Shown here: positions 36,762-49,799 of the stretch, one piece after another
Layout of the letters: each line of letters begins with the position of its first letter
Position numbering within the stretch: the stretch's first letter is position 1
From: Octopus sinensis
Lineage: Eukaryota
Direction of reading: 5' to 3'
Assembly (NCBI RefSeq): GCF_006345805.1
Contig: NC_043013.1
Span: forward strand, 59,024,001 to 59,088,000
Length of the DNA: 64,000 bases
Notes under the pieces: generated by a model
Seen by the model: only the letters and a program-made list of their open reading frames with translations
What the model was told of the DNA's origin: nothing
Database searches by the model: none
Program-made: the position numbers and the translations under genes

Positions 36762-37530
36762 AGGTGGTGAGCTGGCAGAAACGTTAGCACACTGGGCGAA
36801 ATGCTAAGCAGTATTTCGTCTGCCGCTATGTTCTGAGTTCAAATTCTGCCAAGGTCGACTTTGCCTTTCATCCTTTCGGGGTCGATAAATTAAGTACCAG
36901 TTACGCACTGGGGTCGATATAATCGACTCAATCCGTTTGTCTGTCCTTGTTTGTCCTCTCTGTGCATAGTAAAGAAATTGGCATTTCTTCTGCTGCTACT
37001 TTCTGAGTTCAAATTCTGCCAAGGTCAACTTTGCCTTTCATCCTTTCGGGGTTGATAAATTAAGTACCAGTTACGCACTGGGGTCGATATAATCGACTCA
37101 ATCCGTTTGTCTGTCCTTGTTTATCCTCTCTGTGTTTAGCCCCTTGTGGGTAGTAAAGAAATAGGTATTTCGTCTGCCGCTATGTTCTGAGTTTAAATTC
37201 CGCCGAGGTCGACTTTGCCTTTCATCCTTTTGGGATCGATAAATTAAGTACCAGTTACGCACTGGGGTCGATATAATTGACTCAATCCGTTTGTCTGTCC
37301 TTGTTTGTCCTCTCTGAATTTAGCCCCTTGTGGGTAGTAAAGAAATAGGTATTTCGTCTGCCGCTATGTTCTGAGTTTAAATTCCGCCGAGGTCGACTTT
37401 GCCTTTCATCCTTTTGGGATCAATAAATTAAGTACCAGTTACGCACTGGGGTCGATATAATTGACTTAATCCATTTGTCTGTCCTTGTTTGTCCTCTCTG
37501 TATTTAGCCCCTTGTGGGTAGTAAAGAAAA
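36762..37530 (+). mobile_element. SINE family B head followed by four tandem bodies; body resembles the Nin/Deu SINE domain
   Basis: Units start at ~36811, 36981, 37165 and 37349; GCCTTTCATCCTTTCGGGGTCGATAAATTAAGTACCAG block. Confidence 0.9.
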
Positions 37531-37729
37531 TAAGTTTGTACTGGATACATGTTGCATGTTGCCAGTCACTCTAAAGCATATGTCAGCTTTGGAAGCAGTA
37601 AGCAAGAGGTGCCTGCTATGGTCACATTAGTGTGGAGGATTGTAAGTCCCTAGCAGGACTAAGAATCCATGTGTGCTAATGGAATTTCCTGAAATTGAAT
37701 ATGTTTGTATATATGTACATATGTATGTG

Positions 37730-38031
37730 ATCACCGTGACCGACCAGGCTATCAGATGTTACTACACATCGCTGGTCACAATGCGCTTCGCATTGTTTTA
37801 GCCTTCAAATGACGCCACTCCGCGGGCTAAGCGAGCAGGCCAACAGAAGAAAGAGTGAGGGAAAGTTGTGGCGAAAGAGTACAGCAGGGATCGCCACCAC
37901 CCCCTGCCGGAGCCTTGTGGAGCTTTAGGTGTTTTCGCTCAATAAACACTCACAACACCCGGTCTGGGAATCAAAACCGCGATCCTACGACCGCGAGTCT
38001 GCTGCCCTAACCACTGGGCCACTGCGCCTCC
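37730..38031 (-). mobile_element. tRNA-Arg-like SINE (family D; plausibly the octopus OR type)
   Basis: GGAGGCGCAGTGGCCCAGTGGTTAGGGCAGCAGACTCGCGGTCGTAGGATCGCGGTTTTGATTCC head; TCG in the anticodon-loop position. Confidence 0.85.
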
Positions 38032-38249
38032 ACACATATGTATGTATATGTGTGTAAATATCTGTGTGTGTTTGTGTGTGTCAAAGTATCTATGTATGTG
38101 TGTTTATGTCTGTATGTGTATGGCTATCTATCTTCATAGGTATTTATGCATGAATTAGTGTTAACATGACTATGTTAGTCTATAGGCTCGTATACAGTAC
38201 TATTACATGTATATAATATACTGAATTGAAAAACTAACTAAGAGTATCT

Positions 38250-38522
38250 GTAGCAGGTCCCTGCCTCGGTTTGAACCCAAACTGGGTTTATCCCTCATTA
38301 GGAAAATTTTCATAAACAAAAACTGGACTTTTCATAGCCGGTCTCTACCTCAATTTTAACCAGGATGGAATTTTTTATCAATTAAAAATATTTTCATAAG
38401 CAGAAATTTAATCTTGTCTAGCAGTTTTTGCCACAATTTGAACCTGGGCTGGGGTGAGGCTTCCAACAAGAAAAATTTTCATAAAACAAAAAAACTGAAT
38501 CTTGCATAGCAATCCCTGCCAT

Positions 38523-38556
<34 letters not shown>

Positions 38557-39046
38557 CTCAGACCAGTTTATTTATCCAATTAGGATAATTTTCTTTAAAA
38601 AAGATTATGAATCTTTCCTAACAGTTCTCTGTCTCAATTTAAACCTGGACTGAATTTCTTCCAGTTAGGAAAATTTTCATGATCAAAAACATTATCTTAC
38701 ACAGCAGATCTTTGCCTTGAGTTAAACATAGGATGAATTTTTACAAATAAAGGAAAATTTAATTGAAAATTTTTTTTTAAACAAACAGATCTGTAAATCT
38801 TTTATAGCAGGTCTCTACTTCAGTTTGAAAACCTGGGTTTTTTTAATCAATTTGAAAAATTTTCATAAACGAGAAACTGATCTTGCATTGAAGTTCTCTG
38901 CCTCAATTTAAACATGGAATGAATTTTTTTCAATTAGAGAAATTTTCATAAAAATAAAATCAGTAAAAAACAGATTTTTCAAAGCAGGTGTCTACCTCAG
39001 TTTGAACCTGGGCTGGGATTTTTTTTATCCAATTAAGAAAATTTTT
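38250..39046. repeat. Degenerate minisatellite, ~9 units of ~84-100 bp
   Basis: GCAGGTCTCT(A/G)CCTCAGTTTGAACCTGG...AAAATTTTCATAAAC-like units at ~38252, 38337, 38421, 38510, 38621, 38704, 38807, 38891, 38985. Confidence 0.8.
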
Positions 39047-39719
39047 AGTCTGGACTCAGATTATAACAGAAATGTACTACATATCTTTGACATTAGGTAG
39101 AGAGAAAAAGTGATTATCTTACTTATTCAAAGTGTTTTACTCTTTATTTTACACTGTGGTGAGGACACAGCTGTAAACGTATTTACATGCAGAACACTGT
39201 CCTAGGGTACTTTTGTTCAGGGTCCATCTACTCCCATGTCTGAGCGTATCTGTTATTGTACAACCCTAGGTCAGTACTGATTGATTAGATCTGTAATTGA
39301 AAGAGTTGCTCTCAGGAATAGCGTATCTAGGACTACGTTAGAGGGGGGTTTGGCTGCTTTTTTTAACACATTAAGTGACCATGTAGAAGCTCCATTTTTA
39401 TTTCTACACATGTGTGTGCAATAGTTTGTCTGTATGCATGTATGCATGTATGTGTGTTGCTGTTTATGTGTGTGTGTCCGTGTGTGCATGTGTGTGAGTG
39501 TGTGTGGATATTTTATCTATATATATATATATATATATATATACATTATATACATACATATAAATATATATATATATATATATACGTTATATACATACAT
39601 ATAAATATATATATATAAATAAAGATATATATACATACATGCCGAACATGCAACAGTATGAACATATTGAGAGACAGAAGGATAGACATACGCATACATA
39701 CATATTGCATGAATGTACA

Positions 39720-39760
<41 letters not shown>

Positions 39761-39822
39761 GCATCTGGGTATCATAACCCTATGAACACCACCATCCCAA
39801 CCAAAAAGATATCTTTACTTAC

Positions 39823-39906
39823 CTGTCTTTCTACAGAGGACACACAAAATATCCGTTCAACATCAAAATAATATCCAACTACACACAGGTAAGATATGCT
39901 GTCAGC
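39823..39906 (-). other. Candidate 84-nt exon (open in phase 0: ADSISYLCVVGYYFDVERIFCVSSVERQ)
   Basis: Perfect donor CAG|gtaagt; AT-rich acceptor aaaatatcag|; unique DNA; no recognised homology. Confidence 0.35.
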
Positions 39907-40722
39907 CTGATATTTTAAATCAGACAAAGCCTACCTCTCACTCACTCTTTTTCTCTGTTGTGACCAACACACACACACACATTTTTGTGTCTGTGTGAGA
40001 GAGACTGAGTTACACATAAACCTGTTCTCAAGACAACAATCGGCTCCTTTTTTGCTCCCCCCTCCTCTTTTGTTCTTTATTTTTTGTTTCTGTTTTTTTT
40101 TCTTCTTTTTATTATTTTTTTTATTTTACCTGTCTTCATTTACATATTTCTTTTTTGATTTTGTAACTGCTTCTTTTTTTTTTTTTCACATCTACCATTT
40201 TGCCTGTGTTCAGTATTTTTATTGTTTTGTCTCTGCCTTACAAGTCATATTCATAATTATTACATTAATCTATTTATTTATTTATTTATTTATTTATTAT
40301 ATTCATCTATTTATTTACTCTCTTTTACTCTTTTACTTGTTTCAGTCATTTGACTGCGGCCATGCTGGAGCACCGCCTTTAGTCGAGCAAATCAACCTCA
40401 GGACTTATTCATTGTAAGCCTAGTGCTTATTCTATCGATCTCTTTAGCTGAACTGCTAAGTTACGGGGACGTAAACACACCAGCACCGGATGTCAAGCAA
40501 TGTTGGGGGGACAAACACAGACACACAAACATATACACACACACATACATATAAATACATATATAATATATATATATATATATATAAACATATATACGAC
40601 GGGCTTCTTTCAGTTTCCGTCTACCAAATCCACTCACAAGGCTTTGGTCGGCCAACTTCCTTTGCTCTTTTTGTTCCTTGGCACTCACACAACACACACA
40701 AACACACCACACACACAACACA

Positions 40723-40767
<45 letters not shown>

Positions 40768-40776
40768 TACATACAT

Positions 40777-40869
40777 ATGACCCTTAGAGGTCCACATGAC
40801 ACAAAGAGGTCCACATGAGCCTTAAAAGTCCACATGACCCTTAGAGGTCCACATGACCCTTAGAGGTCT
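40777..40869. repeat. 19-20-bp minisatellite (GACCCTTAGAGGTCCACAT) x~5
   Basis: Direct reading. Confidence 0.85.
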
Positions 40870-41633
40870 ATATAAGAATTTGCTGTTAAAATTTATGTAC
40901 CATTAATCAATTATATTCTCACAGTACACAAAATATTTCAGCAATTTTTTAATACAATTCCTCATGATATTTCTTATATTTTTTTATCTTTTAATTGTTT
41001 CAGTTGTGAGACTGCGGCCATGGTGGGGCACCACCTTGGAGAATTTTTAGTCGAATGAGTTGACCCCAGTACTAATTTTTTAATTAAGCCTTATACTTAT
41101 TCTCTCAATCTCTTTTTGTGAAACTGCTAAGGTACAGAAATGAAAACACACCAATACCAGTTGTCAAGAGGTGGTGGAGGATAAACACAGACACAAACAC
41201 ACACACACACACGTACATATACTCTTTTACTCTTTTACTTGTTTCAGTCATTTGACTGAGGCCATGCTGAAGCACCACCTTTAGTCGAGCAACTCGACTT
41301 ATTCTTTTCGTAAGCCCAGTACTTATTCTATCGGTATCTTTTTGCCGAACCGCTAAGTGATGGGGACGTAAACACACCAGCATCGGTTGTCAAGCAATGC
41401 TAGGGGAACAAACACAGACACACAAACACACACACATACATATATATATATACATATATACGACAGGCTTTTTTCAGTTTCCGTCTACCAAATCCACTCA
41501 CAAGGCATTGGTCGGCCCGGGGCTACAGCAGAAGACACTTGCCCAAGATGCCACGCAGTGAGACTGAACCCGGAACCATGTGGTTGGTTAGCAAGCTACT
41601 TACCACACAGCCACTCCTGCGCCTATATATATA

Positions 41634-41668
<35 letters not shown>

Positions 41669-41894
41669 GCATGTACATATTTATTCTTACTCTTTTACTC
41701 TTTTACTTGTTTCAGTCATATGATTGCGCCATGCTGGAGCACTGCCTTTAGTCAAGCAAATCAACCCCAGGACTTATTCTTTGTAAGTCGTAGTGCTTAT
41801 TCTATCAGTCTCTTTTGCCGAACCACTAAGCTACGGGGTCGTAAACATACCGGCATTGGTTGTCAAGCGATGTTGGGGAGACAAACAGACACAT

Positions 41895-41959
<65 letters not shown>

Positions 41960-42044
41960 ATAAATTAATAAATAAAACATATGCATATATACATACATAT
42001 ATGTACGTACCTACCTCTACATGTACATATACATGCATATATGG

Positions 42045-42270
42045 GTACAGGACACCAAAAAAATGTCAAACACAATGAGAAATGAAAACATAAACACAAA
42101 ACCAAGGAAATGGACGTTTCTTTTAAACAACGAAAAAATAGAGTACAGGACATACTAAACAAGGAAAATTCCCCTTCTTCAGTCACCTTAGTTTCATCTA
42201 CTCCACGTTTCGAAGGTCAAGGCGATACATGACTTCAATAAAACTTTCCTTCCCGCGAAAATCAAATTAA
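42045..42270 (-). mobile_element. Solo pLTR-like remnant with split hammerhead motifs
   Basis: Minus strand CCTTCGAAACGTGG and GACTGAAGAAGGGGAATTTTCC. Confidence 0.45.
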
Positions 42271-43566
42271 ATAAATTATTATTATTTCTTTCAGTTTCAG
42301 TCTCCCAAATCCACTCACAAGGCTTTGGTCAGCCCGACGCTATAGTAGAAGACACTTGCCCAAGGTGCCACACAGTGGGACTGAACCCGGAATCATGTGG
42401 TTGGTAAGCAAGCTACTTACCACACATGCACTCCTGCACCTAGACATCGCAATATAGTTGTCAACAAATATCATCATCATAGAAGCAATGTCTTCCATTT
42501 CTAATCTTCGATGAAAATATGCCTAACTACAGGAAATTATTAACAGGCAAGCCTTGCCAACGGAAAGGGTATCCAACTGTACAAAAATCTACTTCAAAAG
42601 TTCCATCTGACTCATGCAAACTTGGAAAAGTGTACATTAAAACAATGATGATGATGGATGGTGATGACATTCACAAACATATACATACACTTATTCAGAA
42701 AGTTAGGTACTTTGGGCATTGAAGTGGCTGTGTGGTAAGTAGCTTGCTTACCAACCACATGGTTCCGGGTTCAGTCCCACTGCGTGGCTCCTTGGGCAAG
42801 TGTCTTCTACTATAGCTTCAGGCCGACCAAAGCCTTGTGAGTGGATTTAGTAGACAGAAACTGAAAGAAGCCCGTCGTATATATGTATATATATATATAT
42901 ATGTATGTGTGTGTATATGTTTGTGCATCTGTGTTTGCCCCCAACCCACCCACCCACACACGCACAACTTCACTTGACAAATGATGGTGGTGTGTTTATG
43001 TCCCCATAACTTAGCGGTTCGGCAAAAGAGTCTGATAGAATAAGTGCTAGGCTTCCAAAAAATAAACCCTGGGGTTGACTTGCTCGCCTAAAGGTTGTGC
43101 TCCAGCATGGCCACAGTCAAATGACCGAAACAAGTAAAAGAGTACTTTCTTCATATGGACCCCATGACATTTTAGCCTTTTTTTTTCTTTTTTAGAAGAA
43201 GAAAATTATAGAAAGAATAGGTCCATTTAAGATACAGTACAAAGCTATAGTTTACAGTTTGACTTGAACATTATCATTCTTTCCCCCACTTTCTCCATTT
43301 CTTTTCAGCAGTCCTTACTCTGACCCATCTTTTTCATCTGTCTCTTGACCTTTCACCAATGTTTAGCTTACTGCCTACCCACTATTGAAATAAAGATTCC
43401 TTCCCTTAAAATGTTTTATTAATTGTAAAACCCATCCTACACATTCCATTCTTTTGACACATCTTTCTTCCATATATCAAAGGATTTGTAGGCAAATATC
43501 CCTTTGTTGGTTGAACAAGACGAATAGGTGAGACTTGAGTTGCATTTGAACTTTACTATACACACA

Positions 43567-43605
<39 letters not shown>

Positions 43606-44222
43606 TCTTTTATCCTTTTATTCTTTTATTTCTTTCAGTCATTTGACTGCAGCCATGCTGGAGCACCCCCTTTTAGTCCAGCAAATTCTTTATAAGCCTA
43701 GTACTTATTCTATCAGACTCTTTTTGCCGAACTGCTAAGTTACAGGAATGTAAACACACTAGCATTGGATGTCAAGCAATGTTGGTGGGGACAAACACAC
43801 ACACACACACACACAACATATGCATATATATATATATGATGGGTTTCTTTCAGTTTCCATCTCCCAAATACACTCACAAGGCTTTGGTCAGCCCGAGGCT
43901 ATAGTAGAAGACACTTGCCCAAGGTGCCATGCAGTGGGGCTGAACCCGGAACCATGTGGTTGGTAAGCAAGCTACTTACCACATAACCACTCCTGCACCT
44001 ATAAATATATATAGTTCAAATTTACAGAAAATAAAAGACAAAGACAAGTGAAAGAACAACAAGAAGATGTATTAGTTTTTAATGGTTGGGAAAAATGAAA
44101 AGGTCTTCGACATTTTGAGCCTACGCTCTTCAACAGAAAGGATTGAGAGGCATAAAAAATGGAGAGAGAAAAAATGTGTTGGGATTAACAGTTTAACATG
44201 ATGAAATATATATATCTAGTCG

Positions 44223-44370
44223 TATTTAAAACAGTTTGATTTGGCTCCAAGCAACTTAAAGTTTCTGACAGAAACCCATCTCTTTCAGGCTTCAGATGAA
44301 AGAGATGAGCTTCTGTTAGAGGCCCATGAAACTTTAAATGGCATGGAACTGAATCAAACTTTTTAAAATA
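44223..44370. repeat. Imperfect foldback hairpin, ~65-bp arms, 9-nt loop
   Basis: CATCTCTTTCA ggcttcaga TGAAAGAGATG core; extends to AGTTTGATT / AATCAAACT. Confidence 0.8.
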
Positions 44371-44989
44371 ATAATACATAACAATAAAACATACATAGGC
44401 GCAGGAGTGGCTGTGTGATAAGTAGCTTGCTTACCAACCACACAGTTCCGGGTTCAGTCCCACTGCGTGGCACCTTGGGCAATTGTCTTCTACTATAGCC
44501 TCAGGCCGACCAAAACCTTTTGAGTGGATTTGGTAGATGGAAACTGAAAGAAGTCTCGTCGTATATATATATATATATGTATATATATGTGTGTGTGTGT
44601 GTTTGTGTGTCTGTGTTTGTCTCCCCAACATCGCTTGACAACTGATGTTGGTGTGTTTACGTCCCCGTTACTTAGCGGTTCAGCAAATGAGACCGATAGG
44701 ATAAGTACTAGGCTTACAAAGAATAAGTCCTGGGATCGATTTGCTCGACTAAAAAAGGCGGTGCTCCAGCATGGCCGCAGTCAAATGACTGAAACAAGTA
44801 AAAGAGAAAGAGAAAGAGAACTATAGAACTTTATAATTCTTTCTTTTCAAATGTTTTGATTTCCAAATTCTTGTTGTTGTTTATATTTTCAGTAAGGGGT
44901 TTGTTTTTAATGCTAAGAAATTGTCTAAGAAAATATTTACATCTGGGTTCACTGCCATGATTTTGGAAACTTTATTCAAATACATTTCC

Positions 44990-45233
44990 ATGCCAGTGGC
45001 ACGTAAAAAGCACCAACCAATTGTGGCCAGCCTCCATGGCACCTGTGGCACGTAAAAGCACCCACTACATTCAGGGAGTGGTTGGCATTAGGAAGGGCAT
45101 CCAGCTGTAGAAACACTGCCAGATCAGACTGGAGCCTGGTGCAGCCTCATGGCTTCCCAGACCCGGTCGAACCATCCAACCCATGCTAGCATGGAAAACG
45201 GACGTTAAACGATGATGATGATGATGATGATGA
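44990..45233 (+). mobile_element. RTE 3' UTR fragment with (GAT)n tail
   Basis: As for 58457-59135. Confidence 0.85.
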
Positions 45234-45381
45234 ACAACTCCTACTAAACCTGTTGAGTATCCTTTTCTTTCTTTTGTCCATTCACTTGTATAAATATGTA
45301 GTTTCATTACAACTTGGCTAATATTCTACACACTTGCCTCTCTTGAAGTTTGGTATCCAGCATTATCCCATAGTATATATT

Positions 45382-45424
<43 letters not shown>

Positions 45425-45426
<2 letters not shown>

Positions 45427-47820
45427 AAAAAAGAAGTTTGAAAACGCCACTATATTAGATAAATTTTAATTTTACATGTTTTGGTTCTTGAAATAACGAA
45501 CCTTATCAAAAAAATTTATAATAAACAGTATAATGGAACAGTTCATAATTGTTACATACATTCAATAGAATCCATGTTCTTAAAAAGGCGAACCTTATCA
45601 AATATATTATAAAGAGTATAATAGAAAAAATCCATAGTCGTTCCTTACTGTTTTGTCGAGTGTAGTGGAGAAGTTCATTATAGATTTTACCTTGTGTTCC
45701 AATGGGAGCAACAGAAGTGATTCTTGGTCGTCGTCTGTTGGTCGTAATTTTGGTAACCTTTGTTGTGGTTGTTGGGGTTATATCAGCTACTCTGGCACTG
45801 TTCACTGACGTCATATAATTCCAAACCAATCAAAACCCAGCTTCAACGAATATAAGGAAAAGACCCATAACTGTATCCTGTTAGGAAACCAACCAAGCAG
45901 AACGACAAGCTTGACCACAGAAGAAAAACGTCATCAATTTTTTAACGAATCAAAATCAGATCTGACCCATAACTGTATCCTGTAAGGTGGCTAACCAAGC
46001 AGAACGACTAGTTTGACCACGGTAGAAAAACGTCATCAATTTTTTGACGAATCAAAATCAGATCTGCTCGCAGAGAAAAAATCTTTTTATAAATTCTTCC
46101 TTCCCTAAGACATACCATTGCCAGCGGGGGTGACTGTTTAAGGATCTGAGAAATTGTAATTCCCCCCACCTCCACTATTTTAATTCTCTCACTGTGGCCA
46201 TAGCTGCAGTGGTAGTAGTAGGGGGCTGTTGATCGTAGCAGTAATGGTAGTGACCACGGTGGTTGTAGTAGTAGTGCTAGTGGGAGCAGTCGTAATGGTT
46301 GTGGTAGAATTTCGTTTTTTCTTTTTCGGAAGACCAATGTTTTGTTTTAATATTCCTGGCCCAGGGTGTTCAAACTTGGTCTAAATTTTTTGATGAAATA
46401 AAGTTCTTTATTTTGGCGTTGAGTGAAGGTTACGCTGTCACTGAATTTGTAAAGTGGGTAAGTTGTAAATTTCGGATTTTCATTTGCAGTACATCTATCT
46501 ATGTGTCTGGTATTTTACGGTATTCAGGGTTTCTAATTTGTGATTTATGCACCGCCATCCTTTTACGTAAGCTATTTTTTGTGTGGCCTATATATTGCCT
46601 ATTGCAGCCTGCGCATGTTAAGACGTAAATTAAGTTTTTTGATGCACAGGTGAAGTTTGTTCTAATGGTGAACTGATGGCCTTGTTCTAGTATAAATTCT
46701 GAACCTTCTACCAAGATGACACAGATTCCGCAGTTGGGCCTTCCACATTTTCTAACTGCTGGTTTTGTGGTTGATGTTGAGTGCAGTTTAGCTTGGGTTA
46801 AAATCCTTTTCAAGGATTTTGGTTGCCGTTTACTTTTAATGATGGTGTGTGTTTCGAGGATCCGGTTCATCTTTGGGTCTCCCTTTAGTAGGGCTGTGCT
46901 TTGTAGTATGGTGCTGAAGGCCTCATTGTTAAGTGGGTTGTGTGTAGAGATGTAGGGAAGGGTTTTTAATTGTTCTTTCTTTTTTGGTTTTGTTTGTCTC
47001 AGGTCTTCTATACTTAATTTAAGTGCCCGTTGGATTGCACTGTCTATTAGGGGCTGTGGATAGTTTCTATTTGTGAGTGTGGTTCTAAGTTCCTGGAGAC
47101 GTGTGTGTCGGGTGTTTGTGTCTGATATTATGGTGCAAATCCTTCTAGCTAAACAAAAAGGGACATTTATTCTAGTGTGTCGTGGGTGGCATGAATCAAA
47201 GGGCAGGTACTGTTTGGAGTCTGTCGGTTTATAATAGATATCTGTCTCTATTTTGTTGCCGGTTTTCTTAATGAGGATGTCTAAAAATGGTAATTCTTCT
47301 TCGTTATGATCCATCGTGAATTGTATATTATCATTTATTCCATTTAATAGTATTTTAAATTCCTCAAGTTTCTCTATACTTTTATCCCAGAGGATAAAAC
47401 AGTCGTCGAGGTATCTTTTCCAGTTGTTCTGGATATAGGTGGAGAAGGTGTTTCCATATTTCTCGAGTGTTATCTGGTAGAGTATTTTCTCGAGGTATCC
47501 CATCACTAGGTTGGCCAAAGAAGGCGCAGTACGCGTGCCCATCGCTGTTCCCGATTTTTGTCTGTAGAAATTATTGTCAAAAATAAAGTAATTGTTTTCT
47601 AAAATAAATCTAAGTCCTTCTATTATAAGATCTTTGTTTATGCGAGTTGGTAGTTCAAAGGAGTAGTTATTCAGCCAGAAGGTGATCGCTTCTATTCCTA
47701 AGTTGTGAGGGATGTTAGAATAAAGGTTAACTACGTCGAAGGATACTAGAAGGGTTTTCTCATTGATTGTTTTAGGGAGGTGGTTGAGCATGTCTATATC
47801 GTCTCTTACAGGGTATGTGA
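45425..47820 (-). mobile_element. Second Penelope-like element (Neptune-like Cys linker), 5'-truncated; 3' boundary approximate
   Basis: RT+GIY-YIG ORF; long 3' region with a ~97-bp tandem duplication (~45870-46070), ending at (TA)n. Confidence 0.88.
46347..47791 (-). pseudogene. PLE RT/GIY-YIG ORF with one frameshift near 46505
   Basis: LVSFDVVNLYSNIPH (A), GTAMGTRTAPSLANLVMG (B), RYLDD (C), CGRPNCGIC linker, NLIY...YIGHT; HIDRCTAN...RPSLNTLGQEY* resumes in another frame. Confidence 0.9.
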
Positions 47821-47897
47821 GCTAAATGTGACAATTTTTTATATCACCTTTTTTTTTCAGGAACAGCTTAGTATATTGGTGAATACCCAATGGTGGT

Positions 47898-48263
47898 ACT
47901 CTTTTACTCTTTTACTTGTTTCAGTCATTTGACTGTGGCCATGCTGGAGCACTGCCTTTTAGTCGAAGAAATTGAGCCAAGGACTTATTTTTCGTAAGCC
48001 TAATACTTATTCTATCAGTCTCTTTTGCCGAACCGCTAAGTTACGGGAACGTAAACACACTAGCATCAGTTGTCAAGTGATGTTGAGGGACAAACACAGA
48101 TACACAAACATACACACACACACAGACAGATATATACATATATAGGATGGGCTACAAGGCTTTGGTCAGCCCGAGGCTATAGTAGAAGACACATGCAGTG
48201 GGACTGAACCCAGAACCATGTGGTTGGTAAGCAAGCTACCTACCACACAGCCACTCCTGTGCC
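47898..48263 (-). mobile_element. SINE family A, internally deleted
   Basis: Matches the family-A consensus. Confidence 0.85.
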
Positions 48264-48356
48264 TGGTGAAGAACATAAAACTTGAAGTTGAGAAAAAGTT
48301 AACTGACATGGAGCACTGGAAGCCATCTAAATATTGAAAAAATTCTTGTACCATGA

Positions 48357-48431
<75 letters not shown>

Positions 48432-48957
48432 GAGACAGAGAGACAGAGAAGAGAGACAGAGACAGAGAGACAGAGACAGAGAGACAGAGACAGAGAGACA
48501 GAGACAGAGAGACAGAGACAGAGAGACAGAGAGACAGAGACAGAGACAGAGACAGAGACAGAGAGAGAGACAGAGAGATGGGGTAGGCAGGAGATGCATA
48601 CGACAAAGCAAAACCAAAGAACTTGTTTACCAAATACTTAGTCACACCATTTTACATATATTCCTTTAACAATGAAAGATTATTAGTTGTATAATGTAAA
48701 TTGTATGATCCATTTGTGTTACCAAATCTTCAGAAATGCATAATTCTCATTCATGATTTCATGTATACATAATGGATTAGTGACAATGTTGCTATCACTG
48801 GTAACACAAATACAGCAGTTGCAGTGGTACTGATGACAACACCATCACTAATCCAGTATGCATACATAAAATTATGAATGAAAGTTGTGTATCTCTGAAG
48901 ATTTGACAATGCAATTGGATTATATTATTTATATTACATAAATGAAAATACACATAC

Positions 48958-49019
<62 letters not shown>

Positions 49020-49069
49020 ATACATACATACGTACACATACATACATACTCATACATACATACATATAT

Positions 49070-49188
<119 letters not shown>

Positions 49189-49305
49189 TATGTATGTCTT
49201 GATCCTCATTGTGTTCAACGTTTTTTTTTATGTCCTGTACCCATTTGTGCATGTAAATATACATATATATGTAGGTATGTACATATATGTATGTATATAT
49301 GCATA

Positions 49306-49361
<56 letters not shown>

Positions 49362-49799
49362 AACAGGTATATTTGTGTTTCTATTACAGTTTGACTTAAA
49401 TTTCCATTACTTTAGTTTCATAGACATTAAAGTGTGCCTGATGCTCCAGATGCTGCTGATCTAAGTGGTGGACCAATTCAGAATTCTAAAGGAGGTTGAA
49501 CATTATTTGATGATATATAAATCTTATTTCTGCTAGTGCATTTGGATCGCAAGATGGAGAGCTTCTGGACCACTGCTAGGTGTTGTAGCAGTCACTGAAT
49601 TATCTATAACAAAATAGATAATTGGTGTCTCCCTTTTTTTCTTTAGAATTACTAGTAGAATATCAATAAAGTTTCTTTAAAAATTATGAACCATTACTAT
49701 CAAATAAGAGACTAATCTTACTTAGTGGTGAGTTCCATTGATGACAGTTGTATGAAAGTTCAGTCTTTTTGTTAATAACCACTATCATCACCACTGCTC

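Larger units (their letters stand above)
40318..44815. mobile_element. Dense cluster of ~8 SINE family A copies and fragments in both orientations
   Basis: Minus: ~40318-40650, 40985-41200, 41222-41622, 41690-41900, 42290-42440, 43615-44000; plus: 42722-43142, 44397-44815. Confidence 0.9.

Noticed and set aside
37960-38031. tRNA-Arg-like sequence
   Set aside because: SINE head: runs into the SINE body, lacks an acceptor-stem 3' strand, multiple diverged copies
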